Notes: a model not told the origin generated them from the sequence alone. Positions 10,854 through 22,127 are shown, counted from the whole stretch's first letter. The stretch: 63,288 nt of DNA, filler included, from 5 parts of 5 records of this genome joined end to end with filler, not necessarily neighbours in it, one strand, 5' to 3'. Numbers and translations: made by a program.

Positions 10854-12218
10854 ATGTCGAATGAGGAATTATCCTTCAGAGATCGTCCGATAAACATCGA
10901 TGAAAAAGGAAGCCGGAAATGGGTTTATGCAAAAAAGCCCTCTGGAAAATGGTATACCCGCCGCACAATTTTCAGCTGGGGTGTTTTACTCTTTTTAATG
11001 GGTGCGCCATTTATACGAATACAAGGGAATCCATTTATATTACTGGATATTGCTCATCGGAAATTCATCATTTTCGGAGCCATTTTCTGGGCACAGGACA
11101 CTTTTATTTTAGCCCTTTTAATGCTTTCATTTGTTTTATTTATCGTTCTTTTTACGGTAACATTTGGCCGAATTTGGTGTGGCTGGGCATGCCCGCAAAC
11201 CATTTTTCTGGAAATGGTTTTTCGTAAAATCGAATACCTCATTGAAGGAGATTATAAAAAACGGCATAAACTCGATAACGGCCCCTGGACATCTGAAAAA
11301 ATCTTAAAAAAAGCTACAAAACATATCGCTTTTATAATCATTGCAATAGCCATGACCAATGTTTTTCTCATGTGGTTTATTGGCAACGAAAGATGGCTGG
11401 AACTCATACGTGAACCCATTCAGCAAAATATTTCAGGTTTTATTATTATGCTCATTATTTCCGGAATATTTTACTGGATCTACTCTTTTTTCAGGGAACA
11501 GATTTGTACGATGGTTTGTCCGTACGGAAGAATGCAGGGCGTTTTGCTCGACTCAAAATCGATAGTAGTTACTTACGATTACAAAAGAGGAGAACCGCGA
11601 GGTGCAAAAAACACCGGCGACTGTATCGACTGCCACCAGTGCGTTTCGGTTTGTCCGACCGGAATCGATATCAGAAACGGAACACAGCTGGAATGTATAA
11701 ATTGTACAGCTTGTATCGACCAGTGCAATAAAATAATGCATGTAACCAAAAAACCACCAGGTCTTATTCGTTACGATTCGGAATCAGGAATCAAAGCAGG
11801 ACATACCTCGGTATGGAATGCCAGAAACCGGGCATATTCAGTGGTCTTACTTATAATATTTTCCTTTTTTATTTACACACTTTTATCAAGGCCGGTAATT
11901 GAAACTACTATTTTACGCACACCCGGTCTTTTATTTCAGCAAAACGAGGATAACACAATTTCGAATGTATATAACATTAAAATTGTAAACAAAACACACA
12001 ACGAAATGCCCCTGGAAATTCGCTTGTTATCGCATAATGGCAATATTCAAATGGCAGGAAATTCAATGGTAATAAAAGATCAGGATCGGTTTGAATCAAC
12101 ATTTATTTTATTCATTCAAAAAGATGATTTAAAAAGCGATAAAACAGAAATTGAATTTGGAATTCTCAGCAATAACGAAATGATTGAAACTTATAAAGCT
12201 ACTTTTGTAGGACCGTAA
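10854..12218 (+). CDS. ccoG: Cytochrome c oxidase accessory protein CcoG/FixG
   Basis: GRIWCGWACPQT, CPYGRMQ, CIDCHQCVSVCPTGIDIR, CINCTACIDQC. Confidence 0.95.
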   Translation: MSNEELSFRDRPINIDEKGSRKWVYAKKPSGKWYTRRTIFSWGVLLFLMGAPFIRIQGNPFILLDIAHRKFIIFGAIFWAQDTFILALLMLSFVLFIVLFTVTFGRIWCGWACPQTIFLEMVFRKIEYLIEGDYKKRHKLDNGPWTSEKILKKATKHIAFIIIAIAMTNVFLMWFIGNERWLELIREPIQQNISGFIIMLIISGIFYWIYSFFREQICTMVCPYGRMQGVLLDSKSIVVTYDYKRGEPRGAKNTGDCIDCHQCVSVCPTGIDIRNGTQLECINCTACIDQCNKIMHVTKKPPGLIRYDSESGIKAGHTSVWNARNRAYSVVLLIIFSFFIYTLLSRPVIETTILRTPGLLFQQNEDNTISNVYNIKIVNKTHNEMPLEIRLLSHNGNIQMAGNSMVIKDQDRFESTFILFIQKDDLKSDKTEIEFGILSNNEMIETYKATFVGP

Positions 12219-12312
12219 AAAAAGCGAGTGTTGGAGAAAGAAAGTAAAAAAGGTGAAAAAGAGAGAAAAAAGATACATTTTATAAATTTGAACGGATAAA
12301 AAAGAACAGGTG

Positions 12313-12753
12313 ATGAAATTTAATTGGGGAACAGGAATTTTTACTTTTTTAGCTTTGTTTTTATTGGCAGCAACCGCGTTTATAATTTTTGCCGTTCGGC
12401 AAGATGTAAACTTAGTACACAAAGATTATTATGAAAAAGGAGTGGATTACACCGCACAAATGGATGTAGAAGCACGTTCAGTAAAATATAACAATGCGAT
12501 TATTATTGGATTGGAAGATTCGATTCTTCGCATAAAAATTGAAGAGTCGCTGGCAACAAAAATAGATTCAGGCAGTGTTTTAATGTACCGGCCATCGTCG
12601 AGCAAAAATGATATTACATTATCATTTGGTAAATCAGCACAAATAATCGATATCCCAAAAGAAAATCTCCTTCACGGAAGATATATTCTTAAATTATTCT
12701 GGTATTCAGAAGGACTAAAATATGAACTCGACCGGCCAGTAAATATTCAATAG
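12313..12753 (+). CDS. ccoH: FixH/CcoH family protein
   Basis: MKFNWGTGI..LVHKDYYEKG pattern; operon position. Confidence 0.85.
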   Translation: MKFNWGTGIFTFLALFLLAATAFIIFAVRQDVNLVHKDYYEKGVDYTAQMDVEARSVKYNNAIIIGLEDSILRIKIEESLATKIDSGSVLMYRPSSSKNDITLSFGKSAQIIDIPKENLLHGRYILKLFWYSEGLKYELDRPVNIQ

Positions 12754-12797
12754 AAAAATCAAAAATAACACAATAACCTTTAAATTACTTTAACGAT

Positions 12798-13559
12798 ATG
12801 ACCATATTAATTTCAGCATTTGTTTTGGGTCTGATGGGGAGTTTCCACTGCGCAGGAATGTGTGGACCTATTGCCATCGCACTCCCACTCCACGGAAATA
12901 CCGTTCCTCAGAAGATATTTGGCGGAGCTTTATATAATATTGGGAGAACTATAACCTACGGGTTAATGGGTGCCGTTTTTGGGTTACTCGGGCAAGGAAT
13001 TCAAATGATTGGATTTCAACAAAAAGTATCGGTAATAATGGGAGCATTAATGATTATTTCTGTTCTTTTTCCTGCCCTTTTTAAAAATCAGTACAGTATG
13101 GAAAAAAGCTGGTTCTCGCTGGTAGGAAAATTAAAAAAAACAATTGGGGGAATGTTCTCCATTCGTTCTTTTCAAAGTTTGTTTTTTATAGGAATGTTAA
13201 ACGGGCTGCTTCCCTGCGGACTGGTATACATGGCTATTGCCGGAGCAATAGGAACAGGAAATGTTACCGAAGGAACATTGTATATGGTACTTTTCGGGCT
13301 TGGAACAATTCCAATGCTACTGGCTATTTCGCTGGCCGGAAATATAATGAGCCTGGCTGTCAGAAAAAAAATAAATAAACTCATTCCGGTTCTGGTAGTT
13401 GTTGTTGGGATACTATTCATTTTACGTGGTTTAAGTTTGGGAATTCCGTATTTAAGTCCGCCAAAACAAAAAATTGAAATGAAATTTGAAAAAAGCCTTG
13501 AACAAAATACAACTGCATATTATTTGGAATCAAAAGGAGATTGCTGTTCAACAAAATGA
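12798..13559 (+). CDS. Sulfite exporter TauE/SafE (DsbD_2-like) membrane protein of the cbb3 cluster
   Basis: GSFHCAGMCGP, YNIGRTITY, NGLLPCGLVY, FGLGTIP. Confidence 0.9.
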   Translation: MTILISAFVLGLMGSFHCAGMCGPIAIALPLHGNTVPQKIFGGALYNIGRTITYGLMGAVFGLLGQGIQMIGFQQKVSVIMGALMIISVLFPALFKNQYSMEKSWFSLVGKLKKTIGGMFSIRSFQSLFFIGMLNGLLPCGLVYMAIAGAIGTGNVTEGTLYMVLFGLGTIPMLLAISLAGNIMSLAVRKKINKLIPVLVVVVGILFILRGLSLGIPYLSPPKQKIEMKFEKSLEQNTTAYYLESKGDCCSTK

Positions 13560-15946
13560 ATTCAGAAAAAAATAATAGTTGTGTACATTGTGGTGCCGAT
13601 TGCGGAAAAAATCCGGTAATTTGGAACGATAAGAAATTTTGTTGTAATGGATGCAAAACAGTTTATCAGTTACTTAACGAGAATAAACTTTACAATTATT
13701 ATAACCTCGAAGAATCGCCGGGAATAAAAGTTGAAACCACTGAATTTGGAAATAAATACGCCTTTCTTGATAATGACGATGTAAAAGAAAAACTAATTTC
13801 TTTTTCTGAAGGTGGAATATCGAAAGTAAAATTATTTATCCCTGTAATACATTGTGCTTCCTGCATTTGGTTACTCGAAAACCTAAAAACACTTCATCGC
13901 GGGATTAAATATTCATTTGTGAATTTCACCCGTAAAGAAGTAGATATAACATTTGATGAAACGAAACTTTCGTTGCGGCAGTTGGTTGAGTTACTAAGTT
14001 CTGTTCATTACATTCCCGACCTGTCGCAAAGCCTTTCTGATAAGGAAGAAGATAAACAATCCTATAAAAAACTTTTGTATAAAATAGGAGTTGCCGGTTT
14101 TGTATTTATTAATGTAATGACATATAGTTTGCCCGCCTATTTTAATGGTGAACCACTAAGTGGCGAACTACAATCGTTATTTAATATTCTAAGTTATATT
14201 CTGGTAATACCTGTCGCTTTTTACAGTGGCAGCGACTATTATATTTCGGCATTTAAAAACCTGCTTAAAAAAAATATCAGCATTGATTTGCCCATTGCAC
14301 TGGGAATAATTGTACTTTTTTTAGTTACCAGTTACGAAGTGTTTTTTATTGGCGGGCCCGGTTACTGCGACAGTCTTTCAGGTTTAATATTCTTTTTGCT
14401 GGTGGGGAAATGGTACCAAGGCAAAACATACGAAGCATTGTCGTTCGACCGAAATTACCGTTCCTATTTTCCGATTGCAGTAACAAAAATCAATAAACAA
14501 ATAGAAGAGAGTATTTTGCTTGAAAACATTGTTGTTGACGATGAACTGATTATCAGAAACAAAGAATTGATTCCTGCCGATTCGAAACTTTTGGAAGGAG
14601 AAGGACAAATCGATTACAGTTTTGTTACCGGCGAATCGAGCCCGGTGCTAAAAAACCATGGCGATTTTATTTATGCCGGGGGCCGGCAAATGGGAGGAAT
14701 CATTAAAATACGGGTTCAAAAAGAAGTTAACCAAAGCCATCTCACTAAACTTTGGAACCAGGATAAAACGTACGAAAAACCAGTCGATTCATTAAAATCG
14801 CTTTCCGATAAAATAAGTAAATATTTTACCCTCATAATTATTGCAATAGCCATTTTAGGGTTCATTTACTGGGTTATTCAGGGAGATACACACACAGCTA
14901 TTTTTGTATTTACAGCTGTTTTAATTGTGGCCTGCCCATGCGCACTTGCCCTTTCAATTCCATTTACTTTTGGGAATACCATGCGTATTTTTGGGAAATC
15001 GGGGTTGTACATTAAAAACACAGAAGTAATCGAAAAACTTTCACATATTTCAACTTTGGTTTTCGATAAAACAGGCACGCTCACCCGCCCCAACGAAAAT
15101 AAAATTGTTTTTTCAGGGAAATCACTCTCCAAAAAAGAAACCGATGCTGTTTTTTCTTTGGCCAAACAATCTACTCATCCGTTAAGCAGCGCCATTTCCG
15201 GATTTTATAATTCGGCAAAATATATTGCTCCCGAACATTTTGTTGAAGTTGCAGGACGCGGAATATTTGGAAAAGTTAACAATCTGGAAATAAAAATTGG
15301 GTCGAAAGAATATGTGACCAATCAACCGGAAACAAATAACCGGAAATCGTCGGTAGTATATCTGGCAATAAATAACGTTGAGACAGGATTTTATACCATT
15401 AGCAATATGTACCGCGAAGGATTTGAAAGTGTTTTAAACAGGCTGAAAAATAACTTCAAATTGTTCTTAGTATCGGGAGACAATAATGCAGAACAACAAA
15501 ATCTGGCATCTTTTTTTGAAAATGAAAATATGCTTTTCAATCAAAAACCTGCCGACAAAGCCGTATTTATTCAGCAACTGCAAAAAAACGGCGAAACAGT
15601 TTTAATGACCGGCGATGGACTTAACGATGCCGGGGCATTAATGCAAAGCGATGTTGCGCTAACCATCGCCGATAAAGTTTACCATTTTGCTCCTGCCAGC
15701 GATGCCGTTCTCGAAGCCGATAAGTTTCAGAAACTTGCAAAGTTCATTCGTTTCACTAAAACATCGTTAAACATTGTAAAACTAAGTTTTGCCATCTCTT
15801 TTTTATATAATATTATTGGGATTGCTTTTGCAATTACAGGAAATCTTTCGCCAATTGTGGCAGCCATTTTAATGCCAATAAGTTCGGTTTCGGTTGTCGC
15901 ATTTGCCACTTTTGCCACCCGAATTGCAGGCAAAATGAAGCTATAA
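13556..15946 (+). CDS. ccoI: Heavy-metal P1B-type ATPase CcoI/FixI
   Basis: FCCNGC, CASC, TGES, CPC, DKTGT, GDGLND; ATG 13556 overlaps upstream stop (ATGA). Confidence 0.92.
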   Translation: MNSEKNNSCVHCGADCGKNPVIWNDKKFCCNGCKTVYQLLNENKLYNYYNLEESPGIKVETTEFGNKYAFLDNDDVKEKLISFSEGGISKVKLFIPVIHCASCIWLLENLKTLHRGIKYSFVNFTRKEVDITFDETKLSLRQLVELLSSVHYIPDLSQSLSDKEEDKQSYKKLLYKIGVAGFVFINVMTYSLPAYFNGEPLSGELQSLFNILSYILVIPVAFYSGSDYYISAFKNLLKKNISIDLPIALGIIVLFLVTSYEVFFIGGPGYCDSLSGLIFFLLVGKWYQGKTYEALSFDRNYRSYFPIAVTKINKQIEESILLENIVVDDELIIRNKELIPADSKLLEGEGQIDYSFVTGESSPVLKNHGDFIYAGGRQMGGIIKIRVQKEVNQSHLTKLWNQDKTYEKPVDSLKSLSDKISKYFTLIIIAIAILGFIYWVIQGDTHTAIFVFTAVLIVACPCALALSIPFTFGNTMRIFGKSGLYIKNTEVIEKLSHISTLVFDKTGTLTRPNENKIVFSGKSLSKKETDAVFSLAKQSTHPLSSAISGFYNSAKYIAPEHFVEVAGRGIFGKVNNLEIKIGSKEYVTNQPETNNRKSSVVYLAINNVETGFYTISNMYREGFESVLNRLKNNFKLFLVSGDNNAEQQNLASFFENENMLFNQKPADKAVFIQQLQKNGETVLMTGDGLNDAGALMQSDVALTIADKVYHFAPASDAVLEADKFQKLAKFIRFTKTSLNIVKLSFAISFLYNIIGIAFAITGNLSPIVAAILMPISSVSVVAFATFATRIAGKMKL

Positions 15947-16067
15947 ATTCTGTTGCTACTCATGAATAACATTTCAATAATATTATTTCATTTTTATCAT
16001 AAGAAATTTGAATTCGAGCCTACATATTTCAATTTCTTACTATTTTTACGCATCAAAAATCAATAAA

Positions 16068-16811
16068 ATGATTCACGACAAAAAAGTAGTAGTTGTTCTG
16101 CCCGCATATAACGCATCGAAAACACTTGAAATTACATATAAAGAAATCGACTTTTCCATAGTCGACGAAGTTATTCTTGTTGATGATTTAAGCAAAGACG
16201 ACACGGTTGAAGTGGGCAAAAACCTTGGAATTAAACACATTGTTGTTCACGAGCAAAACAAAGGTTATGGAGGCAACCAAAAGTCGTGTTACAACAAAGC
16301 GCTCGAAATTGGTGCCGACATTGTTATTATGCTTCACCCCGATTATCAGTACACGCCAAAACTAATTCCGGCAATGGCGAATTTACTGGCCAGCGATTTA
16401 TATCACGTGGTTTTAGGCTCACGAATTCTGGGAACAGGAGCGTTAAAAGGTGGAATGCCCATGATTAAATACATTGCCAACCGCGGATTAACTTTTTTTC
16501 AAAATCTGCTCATGAACGCTAAACTTTCGGAATACCACACCGGTTACCGGGCTTTTACCCGCGAAGTTTTGGAGAAAGTTGATTTTAATGCCAACTCCGA
16601 TAATTTTGTTTTCGACAACCAGATGCTGGCTCAAATTTGGTACGCCGGTTACGAAATTGCAGAAATTACCTGCCCCACCAAATATTTCGACGATGCTTCG
16701 AGTATCAGTCTGAAAAACAGCAGCATTTATGGAATTGGGGTTTTGAAAACTTCGTTACAATTTCGGTTACGAAAATGGGGACTGGCAAAATATAAGTATT
16801 TGAAAAAGTAA
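16068..16811 (+). CDS. GT2 glycosyltransferase (polyprenol-phosphate glycosyltransferase-like)
   Basis: VVLPAYNA, LVDDLSKD, NKGYGGNQK, HPDYQY; ATG 16068 preferred. Confidence 0.9.
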   Translation: MIHDKKVVVVLPAYNASKTLEITYKEIDFSIVDEVILVDDLSKDDTVEVGKNLGIKHIVVHEQNKGYGGNQKSCYNKALEIGADIVIMLHPDYQYTPKLIPAMANLLASDLYHVVLGSRILGTGALKGGMPMIKYIANRGLTFFQNLLMNAKLSEYHTGYRAFTREVLEKVDFNANSDNFVFDNQMLAQIWYAGYEIAEITCPTKYFDDASSISLKNSSIYGIGVLKTSLQFRLRKWGLAKYKYLKK

Positions 16812-16946
16812 AATTTGATCTCTTTCTCTGGTTCAATTCTATTTTAAAAATCGTTACATTACAAAACAATAAAATGCTGCCATTTTTCGAAAAACAGATA
16901 ATTCTATGTACTTTCGAAACCTGTTATTTATAAATCCTTTCCTTTT

Positions 16947-18218
16947 ATGAATAAGATTCTTAAAACACTTTCTTTGCTCATAATTTCATTATTTATACTT
17001 TCACTTTTCGGATGGATGGTAAATCATATTTCGCAAGGCGATAAGAAGTTTGGAGCATTCGGCAATATAATTAAACACATGTATTCTTTCCCCGATCTTT
17101 TTTCACAGTCGGTTGAAGAAGTAAAAACACTACCCAAGACTTTTATTCCAACTCCTCAGAATTTTAAAGCTGTAAATAACCTGGAATCGGATGTTAAAAT
17201 TCTAAGTACATATTCTGACAAGGGAGATCGTACAATTGTTTTAATGAACCTCAGAAACGACTCTGTTATTTACAAATGGAACATTAAAAATCCATACGCA
17301 GAGCACACCAGAATCCTGAATCCAATTTTACTTCCCAAAAAATCTTTAATATTTGGATTTGACGGTTTCTCAGGATTAATAAAAATTGATTCACTAACAA
17401 ATGTTATTTGGACGCAGGATAGTATTCAGGTTCATCATTCAATGAACCTCGACAGTAATGGTGATGTTTGGGTTTGCACATTTCAACCATCGCCATACAA
17501 ACCGGCAACATACAAATTAAATGGGCGAACCATTTATTATAAAGACAATTACATTACTAAAATTGATTCTGAAACGGGAAAAATCCTTTTTCATCAATCG
17601 CTGACTAATATTTTAACCGAAAACAATTTATCGGGATACCTTTTAAAATCGCAGGTTATAAAAGATCCCATTCATTTAAACGATATTGAACCAGCTTTAA
17701 ATACGTCCACAAATTTCAACAGGGAAGATGTTTTTATAAGTATGCGAAATATTTCTTTGGTTCTTCAATACCGCCCCTCACAAAATAAAATTGTAAAAGT
17801 AATTGAAGGCTCGTTTTCTACTCAGCACGATGTAGATATACTTAATGACAATACCCTGGCTATTTTCAACAATAACAATTACCAAATATCATCTTCAGAA
17901 AGTAAGGCCGCTCCAAATGATTTAACTAATCTGGAAATTGCAGGAGACTTTTATTCCAATATTGTAAACTATAATCTGGAAAATAATAAAACAACATTTA
18001 TTGGCGATTCTGTTTTTAGAGCAAATAAAATTTTTACCGGCACAGAAGGACTGGTTGATTTTATAAACCTGGATACTTATTTTATTGAAGAACAAAATTC
18101 TGGAGTAATCTGGGTTATTGAAAAGAATAAAGTTATTTACAAGAACGTTTTAAAATCACAACACGAAGGTTATCATCATTTAACAAACTGGATTAGAATA
18201 ATTAAAGATTATGATTAA
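16947..18218 (+). CDS. Arylsulfotransferase (ASST)-like membrane-anchored protein
   Basis: N-terminal TM; VHHS, DPIHLNDI, QHDVD motifs. Confidence 0.7.
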   Translation: MNKILKTLSLLIISLFILSLFGWMVNHISQGDKKFGAFGNIIKHMYSFPDLFSQSVEEVKTLPKTFIPTPQNFKAVNNLESDVKILSTYSDKGDRTIVLMNLRNDSVIYKWNIKNPYAEHTRILNPILLPKKSLIFGFDGFSGLIKIDSLTNVIWTQDSIQVHHSMNLDSNGDVWVCTFQPSPYKPATYKLNGRTIYYKDNYITKIDSETGKILFHQSLTNILTENNLSGYLLKSQVIKDPIHLNDIEPALNTSTNFNREDVFISMRNISLVLQYRPSQNKIVKVIEGSFSTQHDVDILNDNTLAIFNNNNYQISSSESKAAPNDLTNLEIAGDFYSNIVNYNLENNKTTFIGDSVFRANKIFTGTEGLVDFINLDTYFIEEQNSGVIWVIEKNKVIYKNVLKSQHEGYHHLTNWIRIIKDYD

Positions 18219-18357
18219 TTTATTGTATATCGGCCCGGGGCTGGGTATTGGAACCATTATACTCATTTTTATAATTGGAGGAATTGTTCTGTTTGCATTT
18301 TTCTATATTTTCTGGCTTAAAATCAAAAGTTTCTTTAAAAAGAAAAACAAGAAATAA
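18211..18357 (+). CDS. 48-aa single-TM protein with YIGPG motif
   Basis: MINLLYIGPGLGIGTIILIFIIGGIVLFAFFYIFWLKIKSFFKKKNKK*; overlaps upstream gene end and downstream start (TAATG). Confidence 0.75.
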   Translation: MINLLYIGPGLGIGTIILIFIIGGIVLFAFFYIFWLKIKSFFKKKNKK

Positions 18358-19736
18358 TGGTTTACTATTTCATCTTATTTGTTAGTTTACTTACGATAAT
18401 ATTTATTTTAAAAAAATATCGATATACTTTCTATTCGATTGCTGAGAATAGCGTTGAACTAATCGACATTCTTATTACTAACATTGATGAAAACACTAAA
18501 ATTAAGCTTGTAAAAAAGAGTAATAATAAGCTTCTGGCTTCGCTTCTGAAAATATTTTTAATTGGTAGTCTGGCAATTATCTTAGGCAGTATCCCAATTC
18601 TTTTGTATTTGTTAATTTCAAAAGAAACATTCAACAATCTTGAATTTACAACGTTAAATGCGCTGATTGCAATTTCACTGGGAGCAACAATTCCTTTTCT
18701 ATTACCTCAAAAAACTAAAGATTCAGATTATTCGGAGTTATCGCAATTGCTACACAGAATAGCATTGAATAATTACCAAATTTCAAATAAATTATTCAAA
18801 AAGGAATCAAAAAAAATTAAACTGGAGAAATTAGAACTACAAACTTCTTTTGTAATTGTTTCAGGCCTGGCAAGAGCAGGCACAACCAGTTTAATGAACG
18901 ATCTTGCTAAAATAAACAAATTTGTTTCACTCAATTATGCCAACATGCCCTTCTTGTTATGTCCAAATTTCTGGGCAAAAGTGTACAAGCCCAAAACAGA
19001 AAAAACAAAAGAAAGGAGCCATAAAGATGGGATTAAAATTGGTGTAAATTCGAACGAAGCACTTGAAGAATATTTCTTTAAAGTAAAAGCAAACGATTCG
19101 TACATTACTGATGAATATTTAAAAGAGTACAAAATTTCGGAAGACGTTTATAAGGATTATCTAACTTATCAAAGCATTATTAAACGAAATAATCAAAAAA
19201 CATATCTAGCAAAAAATAACAATTTTATACTCCGTTATAAATCAGTTCGTGAATTCAACAACGATTTTATTATGGTTGTATTATTTCGGGATCCATTTAT
19301 GCATGCATCATCGTTAATGGAAAAACATCGCGATTATCTGGACTTACAGCAAAAAGATCCTTTTGTTTTGGAATATATGAATTGGCTGGGGCATCATGAG
19401 TTTGGGCTAGATCAAAAACCTTTTTATTTCAACAAATCCGACAACAACCATTTTAAAGATAAGAAGACACTCGATTATTGGTTGTATTCCTGGATAAACT
19501 ATTATACGTATGCGCTATCGTTTCGCCATTCAAATACTATTTTTATTAATTACGATGAATACTGTATGAATCCAAAATCAACGGTTAAAAAAATAATTTC
19601 AAAAACAAACCTGAAAACGGACATCCCGGAATTTAAGCCATTTATCAACAAAAGAAAAAACACCGATACTTATTCCGACAACCTAAAGGAAACTGCCGAC
19701 AAATTATTTCAGGAACTAAAATTAGCAACTACCTAA
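18357..19736 (+). CDS. Membrane-anchored sulfotransferase family protein
   Basis: N-terminal TMs; SGLARAGTT PAPS-binding loop; LFRDP..S motif. Confidence 0.8.
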   Translation: MVYYFILFVSLLTIIFILKKYRYTFYSIAENSVELIDILITNIDENTKIKLVKKSNNKLLASLLKIFLIGSLAIILGSIPILLYLLISKETFNNLEFTTLNALIAISLGATIPFLLPQKTKDSDYSELSQLLHRIALNNYQISNKLFKKESKKIKLEKLELQTSFVIVSGLARAGTTSLMNDLAKINKFVSLNYANMPFLLCPNFWAKVYKPKTEKTKERSHKDGIKIGVNSNEALEEYFFKVKANDSYITDEYLKEYKISEDVYKDYLTYQSIIKRNNQKTYLAKNNNFILRYKSVREFNNDFIMVVLFRDPFMHASSLMEKHRDYLDLQQKDPFVLEYMNWLGHHEFGLDQKPFYFNKSDNNHFKDKKTLDYWLYSWINYYTYALSFRHSNTIFINYDEYCMNPKSTVKKIISKTNLKTDIPEFKPFINKRKNTDTYSDNLKETADKLFQELKLATT

Positions 19737-19765
19737 ACATTTAATATGTATTTCAAAAAAATCAG

Positions 19766-21223
19766 GTGAAAAATTATATGTTAACAAATCGTATTAAATT
19801 AATACTTATTCTCTTTTTAATTCTTTCGGGAATTGCAATAGTAGCTTTTGTGAGTTATAAAGCAACCGTTACCTCATTTACCCACGACGAAAGTTTTACT
19901 TACCTCAATTACGTTCATCAATCGTTTTTCGATATTATTATTTTTAAAACACCCTACACTAACAACCACATATTAAATACGTTGCTAATAAAATACTCAG
20001 AAAATATATTTGGTTCATCGGAACTTGCTCTTAGGTTACCAAATATTATAGCACTGGCTATTTATTTAGTATATTCTACACTGATTTTTGCAAAGCATAA
20101 AATAGAATTATGGATCCCTGTATTTATAATAATGTCTTTCAATCCATTTCTCCTCGATTTTTTTGGCTTAGCAAGAGGTTACGGATTATCGATAGGGTTA
20201 ATGATTTTTAGCACATTTTATTTGATAAACCATTTTGAAACCAAAAAACAATCCGATTTAATTCTTTTTAATGCAGGAGCCATTCTTGCAGTATTTGCAA
20301 ATTTTACATTGTTGAATTTTTATGTTGCCGGACTAATTACTTTCAATATAATTCTTCTTTCTGATTTCAGATTTAAAACCGGAATTATTAATTCAGTTAA
20401 AAGTCTAATGCGAGAAAACAAAATAAACTTTTATTCAATAATTATTGCATTAATTACTCTTTTTGAGCCAGTTAGAAGAATGGCTCAACATAACATTTTA
20501 GATTACGGAGGGAAAAACGGACTTCGCGACACATTTGCATCGCAGGTTTATAATACTTTTTACAATACTCCAATAAAAGGAAGTTTAAGAGATGCGCTTT
20601 CAGAAATTATAGTCATAATTATAGTCGTAAATTTTATTATTTTTCTTACCAACTTTATTCTGAGAAACAGATCCTTTTTCACCCGTTTCAAGGGTCTAAT
20701 TATTTCGAACTTGATTATTCTATTAATTTTAACAGCAACAGTAGTTCAACATTTTCTTTTTGGTTACGATTTTTTAAAAGATCGATTTGCCTTGTTCCTT
20801 TATCCTTTAATAATGTTAAATACAGGTTTTCTGATATATTATTTGGCTTCATTTAAATTAAAATATTTTGTTATTCCGGTCGCGTATATTCTTGTTCCTT
20901 TTTTTAGCTATAATCTTATCGGAAATCTAAATACACGAAGTTATAAAGACTGGAAGTTCGACATGGACACAAAAGAAATGCTCGAGGTTCTTGCCAATGA
21001 AAAAGGCACACAAAAACAAATTAAACTTGGTATTAACTGGCTTTTTGAGCCAACTACAAACTACTATCGGATTACTAAAAACTACGAATGGTTGGTTCCG
21101 ACAAACCGCGAAGGAATATCAGAAATGGACGATTTTATATATGTTATGAAAAAAGACTCAGTTAAAAACAAGGAGATAAAATTTGTTACTCACGAAGGAA
21201 GAGCAATTTTATATAAGAATTAA
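19766..21223 (+). CDS. GT-C fold integral membrane glycosyltransferase-like protein
   Basis: THDESFT, NNHILNT, LALRLPN, ARGYGL; multi-TM; start may be ATG 19778. Confidence 0.65.
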   Translation: MKNYMLTNRIKLILILFLILSGIAIVAFVSYKATVTSFTHDESFTYLNYVHQSFFDIIIFKTPYTNNHILNTLLIKYSENIFGSSELALRLPNIIALAIYLVYSTLIFAKHKIELWIPVFIIMSFNPFLLDFFGLARGYGLSIGLMIFSTFYLINHFETKKQSDLILFNAGAILAVFANFTLLNFYVAGLITFNIILLSDFRFKTGIINSVKSLMRENKINFYSIIIALITLFEPVRRMAQHNILDYGGKNGLRDTFASQVYNTFYNTPIKGSLRDALSEIIVIIIVVNFIIFLTNFILRNRSFFTRFKGLIISNLIILLILTATVVQHFLFGYDFLKDRFALFLYPLIMLNTGFLIYYLASFKLKYFVIPVAYILVPFFSYNLIGNLNTRSYKDWKFDMDTKEMLEVLANEKGTQKQIKLGINWLFEPTTNYYRITKNYEWLVPTNREGISEMDDFIYVMKKDSVKNKEIKFVTHEGRAILYKN

Positions 21224-21295
21224 AAAAAACAAATTTATATGTTTGATTTCCTTTAAGAATCGTTTATTTTATTTTGGAATTAACTTACCAAGACT

Positions 21296-21890
21296 ATGAA
21301 AAAAAACTTACTCGCCATAATTGCTTCACTACTTTTTACTACTGTTTTGTTCTTTTTTCTGTTTAAACCGGTTATTCAGCACCCAAACAGTTATTTGTAT
21401 TCAAAATCGGGCGATGCACAAAAGAGCTATTTCAATTTTTCGTATTACCTGAAGTACGATCAGGGAATTAAACACGATGGGATTAATTATCCGTACGGCG
21501 ACCATTTACAGTATATTAACTCACATCCTTTGTATGTTCAGGTGTTAAAATTTGTGGATAAAAATATATATCCGGTTGCCAATTACGGTGTAGCCATTTT
21601 AAACCTTTCAATGATAATTTCGTTGCTGCTGGCCATCCCGTTTCTATTTCTGATTCTTCGGCATTATTCGCTTCCGCGCTGGTATGCAGCTGTTTTATCG
21701 GTTATATTATTGTTGCTTACTCCACAGTTCGATCGTATTCACGGGCACTTCGAAATGGTGTATGCCTTTTTTCTGCCCATGTACTGGTATTTACTAATTC
21801 GCTGGCGGCAAGGAAATAAACGCCTTTTGTGGAGCTCCCTTTTAATAATTGCCGGATTAGTTGGCGGATTTACCAGTGCCTATTTCGCTT
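21296..21890 (+). CDS. Multi-TM membrane protein (possibly GT-C type), 3'-truncated
   Basis: Open to gap; NYPYGDH motif and several hydrophobic segments. Confidence 0.6.
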
Positions 21891-21990
21891 NNNNNNNNNN
21901 NNNNNNNNNNNNNNNNNNNNNNNNNNNNNNNNNNTTAATTAATTAANNNNNNNNNNNNNNNNNNNNNNNNNNNNNNNNNNNNNNNNNNNN
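21891..21990. other. Artificial contig spacer
   Basis: N-run with TTAATTAATTAA. Confidence 0.99.
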
Positions 21991-22127
21991 ATTGTATTTT
22001 AATAATTTAGAAATTTTGCATAGGTATCTTACAACCTACCTTACACACAAAAACTCCAAAACACAAATTGTTCACAAAGTAGTTAAGGGTTCATTGAGAA
22101 TTCCAAATGCTTCGATGATCTTAAGCT

